DNA from: Mobula hypostoma
Lineage: Eukaryota
Assembly: GCF_963921235.1 (NCBI RefSeq)
Contig: NC_086097.1
Location: 105,588,001-105,652,000 of the forward strand
Length of the DNA: 64,000 bases
Direction of reading: 5' to 3'
Both the position numbers and the translations under genes were made by a program. Below, in pieces: positions 61,806 to 64,000 of this stretch. Positions within the stretch are counted from its first letter, which is position 1. Each line of letters starts with the position of its first letter. The notes below the pieces were generated by a model that saw nothing but the letters and a program-made list of their open reading frames with translations, did not search any database and was not told the origin of the DNA.

Positions 61806-62353
61806 GTGAGATGTCTATCTCTTCTGATTTAACACCATGTGCCCAGAGCATATCAATTTAAGGAAGTTGACAGGAAATTAGATTTTGGGTGGGCTGGGAA
61901 GATGAGAAGAGCATTTTATCTTCTTACAATCTGGAATGTGCTGGCTTGCAAGTGTTAGAAGCAAATTCAGCTGTAACTTTCGATGGAGAGTTAGATAAAC
62001 AATTGAGTAATGATTGTATGGAAAAAGTGGGGCTAAGTGGAGAGTTCTACCAAAGGGTTGTCACTGGCATGATAGCCAGTAACCTTTAATGTGTTATTCT
62101 ATATAAAAGTCTAGATATAATGGGCTCACTCAATGAGGAGCAATGACGTTAAGTTATTGACATCAAGTTAATGATTGTCTAGGGTTGAAGTCATTAAATG
62201 TCCAGGAGTAGAATATCCTTCTTAAGGATCAGTTCAGCTTGATTTTATTTAATCTTTGTTGCTCTACATTTTTGTCTCTAATTCAAGTGCTGATGACCTT
62301 CCCCTCCAATCAGCTAAATCTGAGGTTACTCTGTTTCAATATTAGATTGTTAT

Positions 62354-62800
62354 AACATAGAAACATAGAAAATAGGTGCAAGAGTAGGCCATTCGGCCCT
62401 TCGAGCCTGCACCACCATTTATTATGATCATGGCTGATCATCCAACTCAGAACCCCGCCCCAGCCTTCCCTCCATACCCCCTGACCCCCGTAGCCACAAG
62501 GGCCGTATCTAACTCCCTCTTAAATATAGCCAATGAACTGGCCTCAACTGTTTCCTGTGACAGAGAATTCCACAGATTCACCACTCTCTGTGTGAAGAAG
62601 TTTTTCCTAATCTCGGTCCTAAAAGGCTTCCCCTTTATCCTCAAACTGTGACCCCTCGTTCTGGACTTCCCCAACATCGGGAACAATCTTCCTGCATCTA
62701 GCCTGTCCAATCCCTTTAGGATCTTATACGTTTCAATCAGATCCCCCCTCAATCTTCTAAATTCCAACGAGTACAAGCCCAGTTCATCCAGTCTTTTGGG
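62354..62800 (-). mobile_element. Young short 5'-truncated CR1
   Basis: Close to the 4549 copy (ends GGKAGAGF). ATAACAT is duplicated at 62352-62358 and 62801-62807. Confidence 0.93.
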
Positions 62801-63639
62801 ATAACATTTTGGGATCTTAGTCAGCAGAGACATCGTGGGCCTCTTCCTGTACTCTACTGTTCTATGTCCTATTTCAACTTAAATTATATTTTTTCCTTTC
62901 TATTCCAATATATAATAATCATTCCAGATATTCCCAAATATTATCTGGAATTATTTATTTTTCTCTGGGTCTCAGTATATTTGGTACAATTTATTTCTCC
63001 ACTGTATGTTCACGTTATTTGTATATGGTTAAAGTGTGGATTTTGCATTGTGTTGGAGAGATACATCAGTAATGATGACACCAAGTACATCAGATTGTTG
63101 TAAAAAAATAGTTTGATTCATTAATGCCCTTCAAGGAAGAAGATCTGACCTCCTTCATGAGTCTGATCCAGAGGTCAGTCTGAGCCACCAAGAGTCATTA
63201 ACCTTTAAAATTCCTCAAACGATCTAATAAATCACAGTTGGGAATAGGCAATAAATTCAGGACTTGCCTGTAATGCCCAGATCTTTAAAAAATATTTTAA
63301 AAATGTGACATTGTTAAAGCTTTGATACTACTGCAGTCAGCACATCTCTGACATAGTTTAATCCAGTGGATCGTAAGCTTGCATGTTTCTCATGATTGAT
63401 CCATGGAGAGAGCATCTGTATACTGGTGCTGCCAATTCATGCCTTTCCAAATGACTTGGGTTGGAGGTTCTGCTTTGGCGAAGAATGTGTTGGCTTTATT
63501 AAACAACCCATTCATCACCTTAACTTTTCTTGCAGATTTTTCAGACTTCTTAATTTGTGCTATTCAGTTAGATTATTTTTCACTTTAGGGTTGAGCTCTT
63601 CACTAAGCAATCTTTTATTTCTTCTTATTACTTTGTATT

Positions 63640-64000
63640 TGCACAAATCTTATTTTGCACATTGATTATTTGTCAGTCTTTATGTGTAGTTTTTCATTGA
63701 TTCTATTGTATTTTTTATTCTACTGTGCTCGAAACAAAATGAATCTCAGCATAGTATATGGTGTCAAATCTTTACTTTGATAATAAATTTGCTTTGAACT
63801 TTTCACTATTATTATAGTTTGTAATTTCACCAGTTCTTCTGTGATTTGTCTGTACTGAACATCACATTGGGAGTAGTAGGTTGGCATTTCCTGGGGTATT
63901 GTAGAAATTTTTAATCTCTCTCTGCTTCTGTCTGAGGTCTTCACCTTCTTTAAGAAGACCACTATCATACCAGTACCCAAGTAAAACAAGGTAATGTGCC
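63640..64000. mobile_element. Rex1-like fragments (a 3' tail on +, and an RT-region piece at the window edge)
   Basis: AATAAATT..CTTTGAACTTT tail near 63782-63802. Sequence at 63900-64000 resembles the PVPRK region near 32480. Confidence 0.5.

Noticed and set aside
63071..63170. Possible intronic C/D box snoRNA (ATGATGA ... CTGA)
   Set aside because: No terminal stem or recognisable guide sequence; the boxes alone are expected by chance.

Overview
Eukaryotic, vertebrate-type genomic DNA. The mix of CR1, Rex1/Babar, Penelope, L1, RTE and Gypsy families suggests a cartilaginous fish, which is an inference from repeat content only. About 1-14.65 kb is a G-rich 17-bp satellite (consensus GGGCTGGGTCAGTGTAA) interrupted by two young CR1 LINEs and a solo LTR. 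About 14.7-52.2 kb is almost entirely nested, mostly decayed retroelements, including a near full-length CR1 (-) that hosts an RTE-like short element, a mariner-type MITE and a full-span L1. That L1 in turn holds Rex1, two Penelope fragments and a Gypsy element. At about 52.9 kb there is a CpG-rich CRE/ETS promoter with a likely non-coding first exon, and a candidate first coding exon lies at 61.7 kb (gene not identified). The most notable hidden structures are predicted self-cleaving RNAs: an HDV-like ribozyme at the exact 5' end of the RTE-like element, and several minimal hammerhead ribozymes in Penelope termini, two of them in a 76-bp-arm palindrome. Nearly all ORFs in the track are transposon fragments or repeat artefacts.
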